DNA of 22,932 nt, taken from contig JBIJBT010000044.1 in the NCBI GenBank assembly GCA_044345055.1, forward strand, positions 1 to 22,932. Direction: 5' to 3'. The stretch comes from Bdellovibrionota bacterium. Lineage in GTDB: Bacteria; Bdellovibrionota_C; UBA2361; OMIW01. Positions 1 to 9,278 of the stretch are shown here, in pieces (the first letter of the stretch is position 1; the number at the start of each line of letters is the position of its first letter). The position numbers and the translations under genes were made by a program. Under the pieces are notes generated by a model. It was not told where the DNA came from, did not search any database, and was given only the letters and a program-made list of their open reading frames with translations.

Positions 1-23
1 ACATGGGTTTGTATAAATCTGAG

Positions 24-1835
24 TTACTTCATTAGCAGTTTTATTAGCTCAACACCGATAGCTGCTCCGATAGCCGTCGTTCCTAGAAATCGGGCGACAT
101 CAATAACTTTTGATGGAGTTTTTGTCTGATGATCGTGTCGAACAGAGCGCGATTTAGAACCGGTTGTAGTGTCGTTCGTTCGACTTTGTATGTTTAGCGT
201 TGCGTTAAGCCTGAGATCGGGCGAGGCGCCTGCTGAGGTTGAGGAAAGAGGTTGCAAACGAGTGGAGCGGGCATTCGTAGAGCTCTTTAGCGACTTTCTG
301 GATGGTGACTGTTCAGATAACGATTCTTTAGGTAGCGATCTTTTAGGCAGTGGTCCCTTAGCTAGCGGCGTTTGATCTGATGCTCGCGAAATTACCTCCG
401 ATGACGATGAGCTTGAACGTTTTGAATGGTTGGCGCGAATAGCTGCGAGGGGAGCTACATGAGACAGAGAATTGCTCAACGCGGGGCGTATCGTAGAATG
501 GGTCGTGGATCGAAGCTCTGAAGGGGCACCTAACTGCGGCGAGCGACTGTTTTTTGGTTTGCTCTCTGCCCGTTCGTTTACTGTCGACCGTCCTGGTGTT
601 AATCGCCTTTCGAGAGGTTTTTGTTTGATAACCTTTTTTTTCGGTTCTAAATGTTCCGCTTCTCTGTGTTGCTTTAATGATTTCACTTCATGAGATGACT
701 CTGATCGATCTGATGGAGTGGATTCTTCGTCAACAGTTTGTGGAGCCGCTCTATCTGATATTGTTTTTGGAGTTGAGATCGGTAATTTTTTCTTAATAGT
801 TTCTTGAGTTGTTACACCAGTCGCTGTGGCTTCAATAACCAATGTCGACTGTTCCGCTGATGTATTCTCCTTTTGGCGCTGTCTTGTGTCTCCGAACGCG
901 ATCGGAATGTTTGCATCGGATATACCCCGCATTAGATCGTCGAGTACTTCATCAATCGTGCGATAGCGATTCTGTGGATCTCGAGCTAGTGCCTTGAGAA
1001 TCAACGTGTCGAGCCACGGCGGTATATTTGGATTTTGCTCACTCGGTGGAGGAGGATCCATCTTCATTCGTCGGGCAACAGATTCGTAAAACTGAGAACC
1101 CTCTAAGGGAGGTCGGCCTGTTACCATTTCATATGCAATAAGCCCTAAAGCATAGATGTCGCCTGGAGGGTGGAGCGTTGAGCTCATCAGGTATTCAGGG
1201 CTCGCGTATTGCAACGTGCCGACCATCCCACCGTGCTCAGTAATCCGAGTTGTCCCTGGTAATAGAGCGATACCAAAATCGGTAATCTTCAGCCTCCCGC
1301 ATGGGTCTATAAGAATGTTTTCTGGTTTTAGATCACGATGAATGATGCCGTGATCATGAATGGCTTGAAGGCCATTGCACAGCTGAATCAAGAGACCGAG
1401 AGCCTCGAAAATGGAGAGCGGCTTTCCATTTTCGAGACGGGTTCGTAGATCCGATCCAGATATGAGCTCCATTACTAGCGCTAAAATCCCTCTATCGCGC
1501 TCATCTACGAGCCGCTTTCCTCTAATCACATTCGGATGATTAATCTCGAGATAGGCGCCAAATTCACGCCGAAAACGCTCGACGGTTCTGTCATCGGCAG
1601 CGGACTCTGGAAATAGGACTTTAACTGCGACATCGCCTTCGATCGGATTGGAGCAGTGAAAAACCGATCCGACACTGCCTGATCCAAGCTCTTTTATTAG
1701 CGAATAACCTTTTGGTAGGAGATCTTGAAGCCGTTTTTGTTGGGATTCGAGAGACGAGCCTTCTTGCTCAGCAATGGATGGACCATCGTCTAAGTCGCTA
1801 TCGCTTAATGTGGATATGGCTGCGTTCGATTTCAT
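24..1835 (-). CDS. Hanks-type serine/threonine protein kinase with a long low-complexity C-terminal region and a terminal hydrophobic helix
   Basis: GSGSVG Gly loop, VAVK, HRDLKPEN catalytic loop, DFG, GTLQYASPE and DIYALG motifs in aa ~44-305, followed by ~270 aa rich in S/T/K/R/P and the C-terminal FLGTTAIGAAIGVELIKLLMK. Confidence 0.93.
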   Translation of the reverse strand: MKSNAAISTLSDSDLDDGPSIAEQEGSSLESQQKRLQDLLPKGYSLIKELGSGSVGSVFHCSNPIEGDVAVKVLFPESAADDRTVERFRREFGAYLEINHPNVIRGKRLVDERDRGILALVMELISGSDLRTRLENGKPLSIFEALGLLIQLCNGLQAIHDHGIIHRDLKPENILIDPCGRLKITDFGIALLPGTTRITEHGGMVGTLQYASPEYLMSSTLHPPGDIYALGLIAYEMVTGRPPLEGSQFYESVARRMKMDPPPPSEQNPNIPPWLDTLILKALARDPQNRYRTIDEVLDDLMRGISDANIPIAFGDTRQRQKENTSAEQSTLVIEATATGVTTQETIKKKLPISTPKTISDRAAPQTVDEESTPSDRSESSHEVKSLKQHREAEHLEPKKKVIKQKPLERRLTPGRSTVNERAESKPKNSRSPQLGAPSELRSTTHSTIRPALSNSLSHVAPLAAIRANHSKRSSSSSSEVISRASDQTPLAKGPLPKRSLPKESLSEQSPSRKSLKSSTNARSTRLQPLSSTSAGASPDLRLNATLNIQSRTNDTTTGSKSRSVRHDHQTKTPSKVIDVARFLGTTAIGAAIGVELIKLLMK

Positions 1836-2013
1836 CTCGGAGTCACGACTTTGGACTCTGTTTTATTTTTGCCTCGCCAGCGACAGGATTATGATCGTTT
1901 CGGCCATCCGATAGAACCACCCCCGACAGCCGACCTTCTCCTTAATCCCCAGTAGCTTGCCACGTTTTGCGAAAAAAGCGAACCTAGTCATATAAGTCAT
2001 TAATAAAGCTGAC

Positions 2014-2856
2014 TTATTCGTCAGCTGAAGCTTCATTAAGCCAGGCCTGATACTGCTCAGCGGACAATATTGAGCGTAATTCAGTCGCTAAAAATTGCTG
2101 GCGCGAGGCTCGGAGCGATTGCTGGGATTGCTCGATTATCGCCATCGCCTCTCTGAGTTGGCTTTTTTGGATGGCTGGATCGAGATGTTTTTGCATGCCT
2201 TCGTCAAGGAGTTTTTCCGTGGCGGCCTGAGCGGGTGCAAGAGCGGCTTGAAGCCGATCAAAAACCACTCCTACCTGTTCGCTCTGCTCGCGGGAGAGTT
2301 TAAGCTGATGAGAGAGTGCAGCGACTTCGCGCGCTCGTTCCTTTTCTTGTCGGCGGTTGTTTTGCGCAGTTATCTGCTGCTCGAGGTCGGATGCCTGTGA
2401 TCCCAGAGCGGCCCGCAGATTGTCATCAAAGCGTAACGAGCCTGAATAACGTTCCCTTTGCTGGGTTACAATTGCTGCCTTAACTGCCTGTTTGGTTGGT
2501 TCCTCGAGGTTAACAAATTCCTCTATCTGCTCAAGGAGGCGCTCGGCATGCCAGTCGATCGATGAATGAGGTGATTCAAGTTTAGTGGAGCGATGAAAAG
2601 AAGATGTTTTGAGAGGACGAGCGATTGCAGTGGTCTTCTCTGAGGAGGAAGTTCTAGCATTCAGCGAATTATCTTTTTGTGGCTGGGCGAGCGGGGATGA
2701 AGTTGGGGGTGCGATATTCGTTTCGGATGAAAGCTTCGGATCGCACAGAGGGCGATCATCGGCCACTTCAGAGTAAGGAGGTCGTGTTATAAGGAGAGCG
2801 AAGGCAAGGAGCCATCCTCCGAGGGCAAAAGGATTTAGAAAAGCTCTTCGATCCAT
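2014..2856 (-). CDS. Hypothetical membrane-anchored or exported helical protein with LTxxQ-like (Spy/CpxP-type) motifs
   Basis: Long ORF; the likely start is the ATG at 2856 (MDRRAFLNPFALGGWLLAFALLI, basic N-terminus plus hydrophobic helix) rather than the TTG at 2946. Q/E/R/A-rich coiled-coil character; LKLSREQ and ILSAEQ resemble LTxxQ motifs. Confidence 0.6.
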   Translation of the reverse strand: MDRRAFLNPFALGGWLLAFALLITRPPYSEVADDRPLCDPKLSSETNIAPPTSSPLAQPQKDNSLNARTSSSEKTTAIARPLKTSSFHRSTKLESPHSSIDWHAERLLEQIEEFVNLEEPTKQAVKAAIVTQQRERYSGSLRFDDNLRAALGSQASDLEQQITAQNNRRQEKERAREVAALSHQLKLSREQSEQVGVVFDRLQAALAPAQAATEKLLDEGMQKHLDPAIQKSQLREAMAIIEQSQQSLRASRQQFLATELRSILSAEQYQAWLNEASADE

Positions 2857-3066
2857 GGTTAGCACACTATTGACAGCGTCTGTTTGTTGAAGTGTTTTAT
2901 TTCCCCTGATAATGTATTTGAAAACTAGGAGCCTCGAAAGAGTCAAGTTTTAAATGCAAGGGGTAAAAGATTGATATTTTTGGGATATCTTTGCGCCAGA
3001 TTCTTCAGTATTTCGACGGAAAGCCGTTACTGATCAAGATGGGCTAATGTTGAAAATCTTGGCGAG

Positions 3067-5169
3067 GTGTTTATGCGCTTGAGGTTGATGTTATTAGGTT
3101 GTTTGGTTCTGGTATTAAAAGGTCTGCCTTTACAGGCTCAGGTCCTCCGACCTCACAAAGCTGGGGAAGTTTTGGTTGGGTTCAAACGGTCGGCGAATCA
3201 AAATAGCATTAGGGCCGCGCGTGAACGGGTTGGTGGTCTCTATATGCCGCTTGGTCGTCAGCTCTCGCCCTCCTCGGTCGGTGATTCTCCTGTTCAGCTC
3301 CTTTCTGTTTCCGTATCTGTTCCTCAGGCTCTGGAGGCCCTTCAGAACGATCCTGCGGTGGCATTTGTTGAGCCGAACTATCGCTTAAAGCATTCGGCAG
3401 TTGCAAACGATCCATACTACGCCAATGGTTATTTATGGGGAACTTACGGGGATGATGCGCCAAGTTGTGGGCCCGCCAACACTACGAACCAATTCGGTTC
3501 GGACGCAGAAGAGGCTTGGAACGCGGGAGTTACAGGGTCTTCTAATGTTTATATCGGCGTCATCGATGAAGGGGTCCAAATTACTCACCCTGATTTGGCT
3601 CCAAATGTGTGGACCAACCCTTTTGATCCAGTTGATGGTGTAGACAACGATCTTAACGGGTTTATCGATGATGTTAATGGCTGGGATTTTTTTAATAAAA
3701 ATAACTCTGTATTCGATGCAGCTGATGGAGATGACCACGGCACTCATGTATCAGGAACCATCGGTGCTCGGGGAGGCGACGGAATCGGAATAGCGGGGAT
3801 GGCATGGAACGTTAAGTTAATCTCAGGAAAGTTCCTCGGTCCATCGGGTGGATACGTGTCGGATGCGATTGCGGCGATAGATTATTTTCGAGATCTCAAG
3901 GTCCGACATGGCTTGAGGATCGTCGCGCTCAGTAATTCGTGGGGAGGGGGAGGATATAGCTCCTCGCTGCACACCGCGATAATCCGCGCAGCTAAACAGG
4001 GTATTTTGTTCGTTGCTGCTGCGGGAAATAGTGGATTGAATAACGATGCTTCGGCGAGCTATCCATCAAATTACTCAACGCTTCAGGGTACCTCTTTAGA
4101 GTCGCCAGCTTCATATGAAGCCGTGATAGCAGTTGCAGCGATGGATCCATCGGGAGAGCTCGCTAGCTTTTCTAACTATGGTGCAACTACCGTTGATATC
4201 GGAGCACCGGGTGTAAATATATTGTCAACGGTACCGACAAATTCATATGCATATTATTCTGGTACGTCGATGGCAACTCCGCACGTGTCAGGCGCGATAG
4301 CTCTCTATGCCTCGGCATTCCCATTTGCTGCAGCAGCTGAAATTAGGGCGGCTATACTTTCGAACGCGAAAGCGACCTCATCGATGGTGGGACGAACAGT
4401 GACTGGTGGTCGCTTGAATCTCTCGGGTATCTTTGGGTCATTGTCTGGCACACCTACTCCGCTTCCAACCAGTACGTCAACGGCAACGCCGACAGCGACC
4501 CGGACGCCGACCGCGACAGCGACGAGCACCGCAACGCCGACAGCGACGAGCACAGTGACGGCGACGCCAGCCCTCACCCCAACTGCAACACCAACCATAA
4601 GCATATCTCCAACAAGTGTACCAACGATCGTGCCGACGGTAGCTCCAACTCCTACGGCGACTCCAACAAGAACTCCAACTCCAACTGCAACGCGAACAAG
4701 TACTCCAACAGCGACCGCATCACCAACGCCGACAAGAACTCCGACTTTTACCGCAACGAGAACTCGAACACCTACTGCGACCCCGACGAGAACGCCAACT
4801 GCTACGGCAACTCGGACCCCGACGAGAACGCCAACTGCTAAGGCAACTCGGACCCCGACGAGAACGCCAACTGCTAGGGCAACTCGGACCCCGAAGAGAA
4901 CGCCAACTGCTACGGCAACTCGGACCCCGACGAGAACGCCAACCTTTACACCAACGCGGACAAGTACCCCAACCGCGACTGCAACTAGGACCCCAACCCG
5001 TACCCCAACGGCGACGTCAACGCAGAACGTAACTGCGACTCCAACTCAGACGCCCTTATCAGCAGCTGCGGCAAAATCGAGGAGAGAGAGGATTGAAAAA
5101 ATTCGCCGCGTCGAAAGTTCAAAGGGTGGAAAGAGATCGGTAGCAGCGAGAAGAGCGATCAGAGATTGA
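3067..5169 (+). CDS. Secreted S8 (subtilisin-family) serine peptidase with prodomain and Thr/Pro-rich C-terminal repeat tail
   Basis: Signal peptide (…LPLQA|Q), prodomain (GEVLVGFK…FVEPNY), catalytic triad motifs [16 protein letters not shown] and [12 protein letters not shown], oxyanion AAGN, then ~205 aa of TPTAT/TPTRT repeats. The start could be the ATG at 3073. Confidence 0.95.
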   Translation: MFMRLRLMLLGCLVLVLKGLPLQAQVLRPHKAGEVLVGFKRSANQNSIRAARERVGGLYMPLGRQLSPSSVGDSPVQLLSVSVSVPQALEALQNDPAVAFVEPNYRLKHSAVANDPYYANGYLWGTYGDDAPSCGPANTTNQFGSDAEEAWNAGVTGSSNVYIGVIDEGVQITHPDLAPNVWTNPFDPVDGVDNDLNGFIDDVNGWDFFNKNNSVFDAADGDDHGTHVSGTIGARGGDGIGIAGMAWNVKLISGKFLGPSGGYVSDAIAAIDYFRDLKVRHGLRIVALSNSWGGGGYSSSLHTAIIRAAKQGILFVAAAGNSGLNNDASASYPSNYSTLQGTSLESPASYEAVIAVAAMDPSGELASFSNYGATTVDIGAPGVNILSTVPTNSYAYYSGTSMATPHVSGAIALYASAFPFAAAAEIRAAILSNAKATSSMVGRTVTGGRLNLSGIFGSLSGTPTPLPTSTSTATPTATRTPTATATSTATPTATSTVTATPALTPTATPTISISPTSVPTIVPTVAPTPTATPTRTPTPTATRTSTPTATASPTPTRTPTFTATRTRTPTATPTRTPTATATRTPTRTPTAKATRTPTRTPTARATRTPKRTPTATATRTPTRTPTFTPTRTSTPTATATRTPTRTPTATSTQNVTATPTQTPLSAAAAKSRRERIEKIRRVESSKGGKRSVAARRAIRD
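4780..4943 (+). repeat. In-frame 36-bp tandem repeat (about 4.5 copies) encoding TPTRTPTA[T/K/R]ATR
   Basis: Unit accccgacgagaacgccaactgctaNggcaactcgg starts at 4780, 4816, 4852 and 4888, with a partial copy at 4924. It sits inside a larger degenerate Thr/Pro repeat region (~4450-5055). Confidence 0.95.
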
Positions 5170-5200
5170 AGATTAGCAATAGGGGGCGACGGTTATGGGC

Positions 5201-5230
5201 GCTGCTTATCGAGTTAGACCGATGAGCAGC
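5201..5230. terminator. Stem-loop between convergent genes (possible terminator or RNA stability element)
   Basis: gctgcttatcg (5201-5211) pairs with cgatgagcagc (5220-5230): an 11-bp stem with one G-U on the + strand and an 8-nt loop. No clear U-tract on either strand. Confidence 0.4.
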
Positions 5231-5275
5231 AACAACGAGATGGGCGAACGTCCGATATTCAGACAAAACAGCGAA

Positions 5276-6511
5276 CTAAACGCCAAGTTTCTTGAGAGCA
5301 GCTTTAGCGGTCTGTTTTAACCGTTCCGGGTTGGCCCGGTCCGCCGACTGTACCTCTCTGTAAAGGCTTTCTTCGAAGGCTTTTAAATTAAGTTCAGAGC
5401 CTGCATCTCGCATCTCGTTGATTAGTACCGAAATGCCCATTATTGCCTGTTCACAATACTGAAATGAAAAGTTCTCCGCTTTGGTGAGCGATTTAAGTAA
5501 AGCTACCAACATATTTCGGGGCCGTTCCGTTATATTGGGGTCCGAACTCAGCTCTCTTTTTAAATGGGCTAGATTCTTCTGAATGGATTCCGGATCTCTA
5601 CCAAGTGCTGTGGAAAGAATATAAATGGGCGAATCGTTGAGGGGCGGTTCTCCTGGTTTGTCGTGATAGTTTCTCCAGAGAAACTGCTTCTTACTAAAGT
5701 CGTGGTGACATGAGTAGCACTGATATAGGGAAAAATCTCGATTGAGGTGCGCCTGATTCTGCCGGTGGGCGAAACTTTCAGCGAGTATAACCTGTCCGAT
5801 GAGCCACGCTTGAACTCTATTCGCCGGTGATTTCCTTTCGCGATAATCATCGTCTTGTCGCCAATGCCGAGGCATTACCGACTCATAACTGTCTATTTCA
5901 AATTCAACCCTCGGATGGCCTGCGCCGTATAACCGATGGGTTAAGCCGTTCTCTGCAGTCGGAGCGTGGCAGCTAATACACAACGAAGCCCGAGCTACAG
6001 GGGGAACGATATCTCGGAGCCCCTGACTTACGTTTCGAGTGTGATTGGTTCCCTTTTCAACGTGAGATTTAATCCAGTTTCCCGCAGCTCCGTGGCAAGA
6101 TTCACAACCGACGCCATCCGAAACGGTAAAACGCTCTCCTTGCATCTCCTTTGGAGCATTTGTTGTGTGACACTGCAAACAATCATGGGCCTTTTCTGGT
6201 GCTCCAATACCAAGATGCGACGCCATCGCGATAGCTTCAGGCGTCAGAAGTGAGCGGTACGCTCTAGCGTGGTTATCTCGCTTATACCAGGTGAAGAATT
6301 CATTCTGCAAAACGGGGGTCGATGAGCGGGGCTTCGCAGACCCGTGGCAGTGTGAGGATGCACAGGAGCTAACACCGAGGAATCGCGGAGTCGTGGAGGG
6401 TGGGGGAGATTCGTTGGTCTCAGCGAAAGAGATTGGTATACCAATAGCGAGGAAAAGCGGGGTCAAACAGCAGGCGGTGTGAAGTGTTCTAATCGAAAGT
6501 TTGATGACCAT
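5276..6511 (-). CDS. Exported multiheme c-type cytochrome, cytochrome c554-like (4 CxxCH + 1 CX4CH)
   Basis: Motifs CASSHCH, CLQCH, CESCH, CISCH and CYSCH, in the c554-like context HARAY…C..CH…GVGCESCHG. The likely start is the ATG at 6511 (MVIKLSIR…IPISFA|E signal peptide); the ORF track extends it to the TTG at 6727. Confidence 0.88.
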   Translation of the reverse strand: MVIKLSIRTLHTACCLTPLFLAIGIPISFAETNESPPPSTTPRFLGVSSCASSHCHGSAKPRSSTPVLQNEFFTWYKRDNHARAYRSLLTPEAIAMASHLGIGAPEKAHDCLQCHTTNAPKEMQGERFTVSDGVGCESCHGAAGNWIKSHVEKGTNHTRNVSQGLRDIVPPVARASLCISCHAPTAENGLTHRLYGAGHPRVEFEIDSYESVMPRHWRQDDDYRERKSPANRVQAWLIGQVILAESFAHRQNQAHLNRDFSLYQCYSCHHDFSKKQFLWRNYHDKPGEPPLNDSPIYILSTALGRDPESIQKNLAHLKRELSSDPNITERPRNMLVALLKSLTKAENFSFQYCEQAIMGISVLINEMRDAGSELNLKAFEESLYREVQSADRANPERLKQTAKAALKKLGV

Positions 6512-6902
6512 AAGGATGCTGCTAAGGACGCAACTTGGTACGAAGTATAGGGTGTGACTTGCGGTTACGATGTGATAAGTGAAATGGAGCATTCGTTTGA
6601 TTAGCAAGACTACAAGCTCCTTAAGATAAAGACTTCGCGATTGAATTTTGACCGTATCACGCATTCCGGGAATCGCGCTAGCGGTGTGAAATTGGATTTT
6701 CTTTGTAGCAACGGAGCGCAAGCTCAAATTTCAATATCTTTACCGGTTTATTAGCCGTGGTCTATCATCCAGGAACCTATTCCTTCGGCAGGGGTTGGAG
6801 AAAAAGAAAGACCTGAAGAGTTAGTTGGCTCTGAAAAAACTCTCCATGGGTTTTTCAGGGAGCACTAGTTACCAAAACTTTTGCAATAATCGAGGTATCG
6901 CG

Positions 6903-9278
6903 GTGACGAAGGAAGATTCCTCTCAGCACGTTTCGGTCGCAATTATTGGCGGCGGGCCCGGCGGGCTGAGTGCGGCAGCTCGTGCCTCCAAGTTGGGTAT
7001 GTCACATGTTTTGGTTGAAAAGGGGGAGTTAGGAAATACAATCTTTGATTATCAGCTACGAAAACATGTGATGGCTGAGCCCGCAAAGTTGCCACTTCGC
7101 GCGGAGATTGATTTCGCGGCAGGGGCGCGTGAGAAGATTCTCGAGGTGTGGAATCGGCAAACTGGTGAGCTCGGTATTCAGCTTCAAAAAGGTGAGGTAA
7201 AACGAATTCAGAAGTTTGGTGAGCGGTTTGAGATATCGCATACAAGCGGCTCGATAAGTGCCGATCGGGTAGTTCTAGCGATTGGGATGCAGGGGGCGCC
7301 GCGACTATTGACAGCTCCGGGAGCAGATCTCCCTCACGTTAGTTATACCCTATCTGATCCAGATCAATTCGAGGGAAAACATATCACGGTAGTTGGTGCA
7401 GGTGATGCGGCAATCGAGAATGCACTTGCGTTAAGTGAGAATAATACAGTCTCACTCATTAATCGATCGGGTGAATTTGCCCGTGCAAAAGATGCGAACG
7501 TTGCAGCAATTCTTGATGCAATAGCGAGTCGCAAAATTCGTTGTTTTTACGACTCAGAAGTTCAGCAAGTTTCTGAAAAAACCGTTGTTATTTCTACCCC
7601 GCAGGAGGAAGTCACTATCGCGTGTGACCAGCTGATTGTGAGAATCGGTTGCATAATGCCACGTACTTTTCTTGAAGCATGCGGAGTAAGTTTTCCGAGC
7701 AATGATCCCGTGGCAACTCCGGTTGTTAGTGATAGCTATGAATCATCGGTTCCAGGTCTTTATATTATTGGAGCGTTAATCGGTTATCCCCTGATAAAGC
7801 AGGCGATGAATCAGGGATATGAGGTGATCGAGCACATACGGGGGGCAGCTGTTGTTCCTGCTGATCAGCCGATGGTTGAGGAGAGGCTAGCCCTCCTTAC
7901 TGGGAGTGTGAGTGAGCGGCTTGCAACGATTCGGGAGAGCCTGCCACTATTTCAGCAATTGAGCGAACCGCAGCTTCGTGAACTAGTGCTTGAATCAACA
8001 ATTCACAAAAAAGAGGCAGGTGAGGTTGTATTCAAGAAGAACGATTACACTGATACTTTTTTCAGTATAATTTCGGGTTCAGTTGATATAGAGATCTCGG
8101 CCGATAAGAAAAAACATCTCGGAAAAGGCGAGTTTTTCGGTGAAATGGGATTGATCTCAGGTCGTAGGAGAAGTGCTACAGTTCGAAGCTCAGAGGATGT
8201 GATTCTTCTTGAGACGCCACGAAAGCAGATCGTAAAATTAATGAGCTCCAATCAAGGGGTGAAAGATGCAATTGATCGGGTGTTTCTCTATCGAGTACTT
8301 CAAATTTCTATCTTCGTTGAAACGGATCCGTTGATTCTCGAGCGTTTTCTTGACCGGATTAAATCTCGCCGATTTAAACGGGGTGAGGTTATATTTCGCC
8401 AAGGCGAGATCGGAGATTTCCTATATGTTGTCCGCAAGGGATCGGTAAAGATATCCCGGATGAATAGCGATGGTGATGATGTTGTTCAGAATTATATTGC
8501 TGCGGGGAATTATCTCGGGGAGATGGCGCTTCTTTCGGCCGAACCGATGGCCCGAACAGCAACCGCAACGGCGGTTGTGCCGTGTGAAACCGTTACCCTT
8601 GCGAAGGAAGATTTCTTGGAAATACTTCGGGCTAGTCCGCGTGAGTTTGAGCGATTTTCAGGAGTTGCGCAGGCTCGTCGGATTGAGAATACCGTTGTCA
8701 ATCAGAGTGCGGCAAGGGGAGCACTTCTTGATTTTATCTTCAGTCAGGGTATTACCGATGCGGAAAACTTTCTTGCAATAGACTCAGATCGATGTGTCTC
8801 ATGTGATAATTGTGAAGCTGCGTGTGCTGCAACACATGGAGGGTTTAGCCGTCTCGACAGGAAAGGGGGAAAGAGCTTCGCCTCGGTCCAGATTCCAATA
8901 TCGTGTCGCCATTGTGAGAACCCTCTCTGTATGACCGATTGTCCCCCTGATGCGTTGACTCGTCAGCCGAACGGAGAGATCGTAATTCGCGATTCCTGCA
9001 TCGGGTGCGGGAATTGTATCCGCAACTGTCCCTACGGTGTTATTCAGCTTGTTTATGACAAGCCGTCAACGAGCTGGTTTTCTCTCAGCAGAATATTTGG
9101 TGGCTCTAAGCGGAAGGAAAAAGGTCCAGCAAAGGCAGCGAAGTGTGATATGTGTAGCACTCTTCCCGGAGGTCCTGCATGCGTTCGATCATGCCCAACA
9201 GGTGCTGCACTGCGAATTAATCCGAGCGATTTTATGACCGTAATGAAGGCGAAGGAGGTGAAGTCGGGTGAGTTCTGA
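6903..9278 (+). CDS. FAD/NAD(P)H oxidoreductase (thioredoxin-reductase-like fold) fused to two cyclic nucleotide-binding domains and a 4x[4Fe-4S] ferredoxin domain
   Basis: VAIIGGGPGG (FAD), VVGAGDAA…INRS (NAD(P)H), cNMP cassettes FFGEMGLISGRRRSAT and YLGEMALLSAEPMARTAT, and Cys motifs CVSCDNCEAAC, CRHCENPLCMTDCP, CIGCGNCIRNCP, CDMC…ACVRSCP. Likely GTG start at 6903 after a GAGGT Shine-Dalgarno (track start 6825). Confidence 0.92.
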   Translation: MTKEDSSQHVSVAIIGGGPGGLSAAARASKLGMSHVLVEKGELGNTIFDYQLRKHVMAEPAKLPLRAEIDFAAGAREKILEVWNRQTGELGIQLQKGEVKRIQKFGERFEISHTSGSISADRVVLAIGMQGAPRLLTAPGADLPHVSYTLSDPDQFEGKHITVVGAGDAAIENALALSENNTVSLINRSGEFARAKDANVAAILDAIASRKIRCFYDSEVQQVSEKTVVISTPQEEVTIACDQLIVRIGCIMPRTFLEACGVSFPSNDPVATPVVSDSYESSVPGLYIIGALIGYPLIKQAMNQGYEVIEHIRGAAVVPADQPMVEERLALLTGSVSERLATIRESLPLFQQLSEPQLRELVLESTIHKKEAGEVVFKKNDYTDTFFSIISGSVDIEISADKKKHLGKGEFFGEMGLISGRRRSATVRSSEDVILLETPRKQIVKLMSSNQGVKDAIDRVFLYRVLQISIFVETDPLILERFLDRIKSRRFKRGEVIFRQGEIGDFLYVVRKGSVKISRMNSDGDDVVQNYIAAGNYLGEMALLSAEPMARTATATAVVPCETVTLAKEDFLEILRASPREFERFSGVAQARRIENTVVNQSAARGALLDFIFSQGITDAENFLAIDSDRCVSCDNCEAACAATHGGFSRLDRKGGKSFASVQIPISCRHCENPLCMTDCPPDALTRQPNGEIVIRDSCIGCGNCIRNCPYGVIQLVYDKPSTSWFSLSRIFGGSKRKEKGPAKAAKCDMCSTLPGGPACVRSCPTGAALRINPSDFMTVMKAKEVKSGEF

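Noticed and set aside
4305..4604. Hydrophobic Val/Ala/Gly-repeat ORF on the minus strand
   Set aside because: It is the antisense shadow of the Thr/Pro/Ala repeat codons of the subtilase.
4780..4943. 36-bp repeats as a CRISPR array
   Set aside because: The units are head-to-tail with no spacers, are in frame within the protease gene, and there are no cas genes in the window.
6550..6700. TGTGA half-sites as CRP/FNR boxes (attractive given the cNMP domains)
   Set aside because: None has a TCACA-like half-site at the required 6-nt spacing.
6512..6727. 72-aa N-terminal extension of the c554-like cytochrome given by the ORF track
   Set aside because: The signal peptide begins at the ATG at 6511; the TTG-started extension would bury it and is probably intergenic.
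6903..7900. Calling the flavoprotein thioredoxin reductase (trxB)
   Set aside because: It lacks the redox-active CxxC before the NADPH-binding motif and carries large extra domains.
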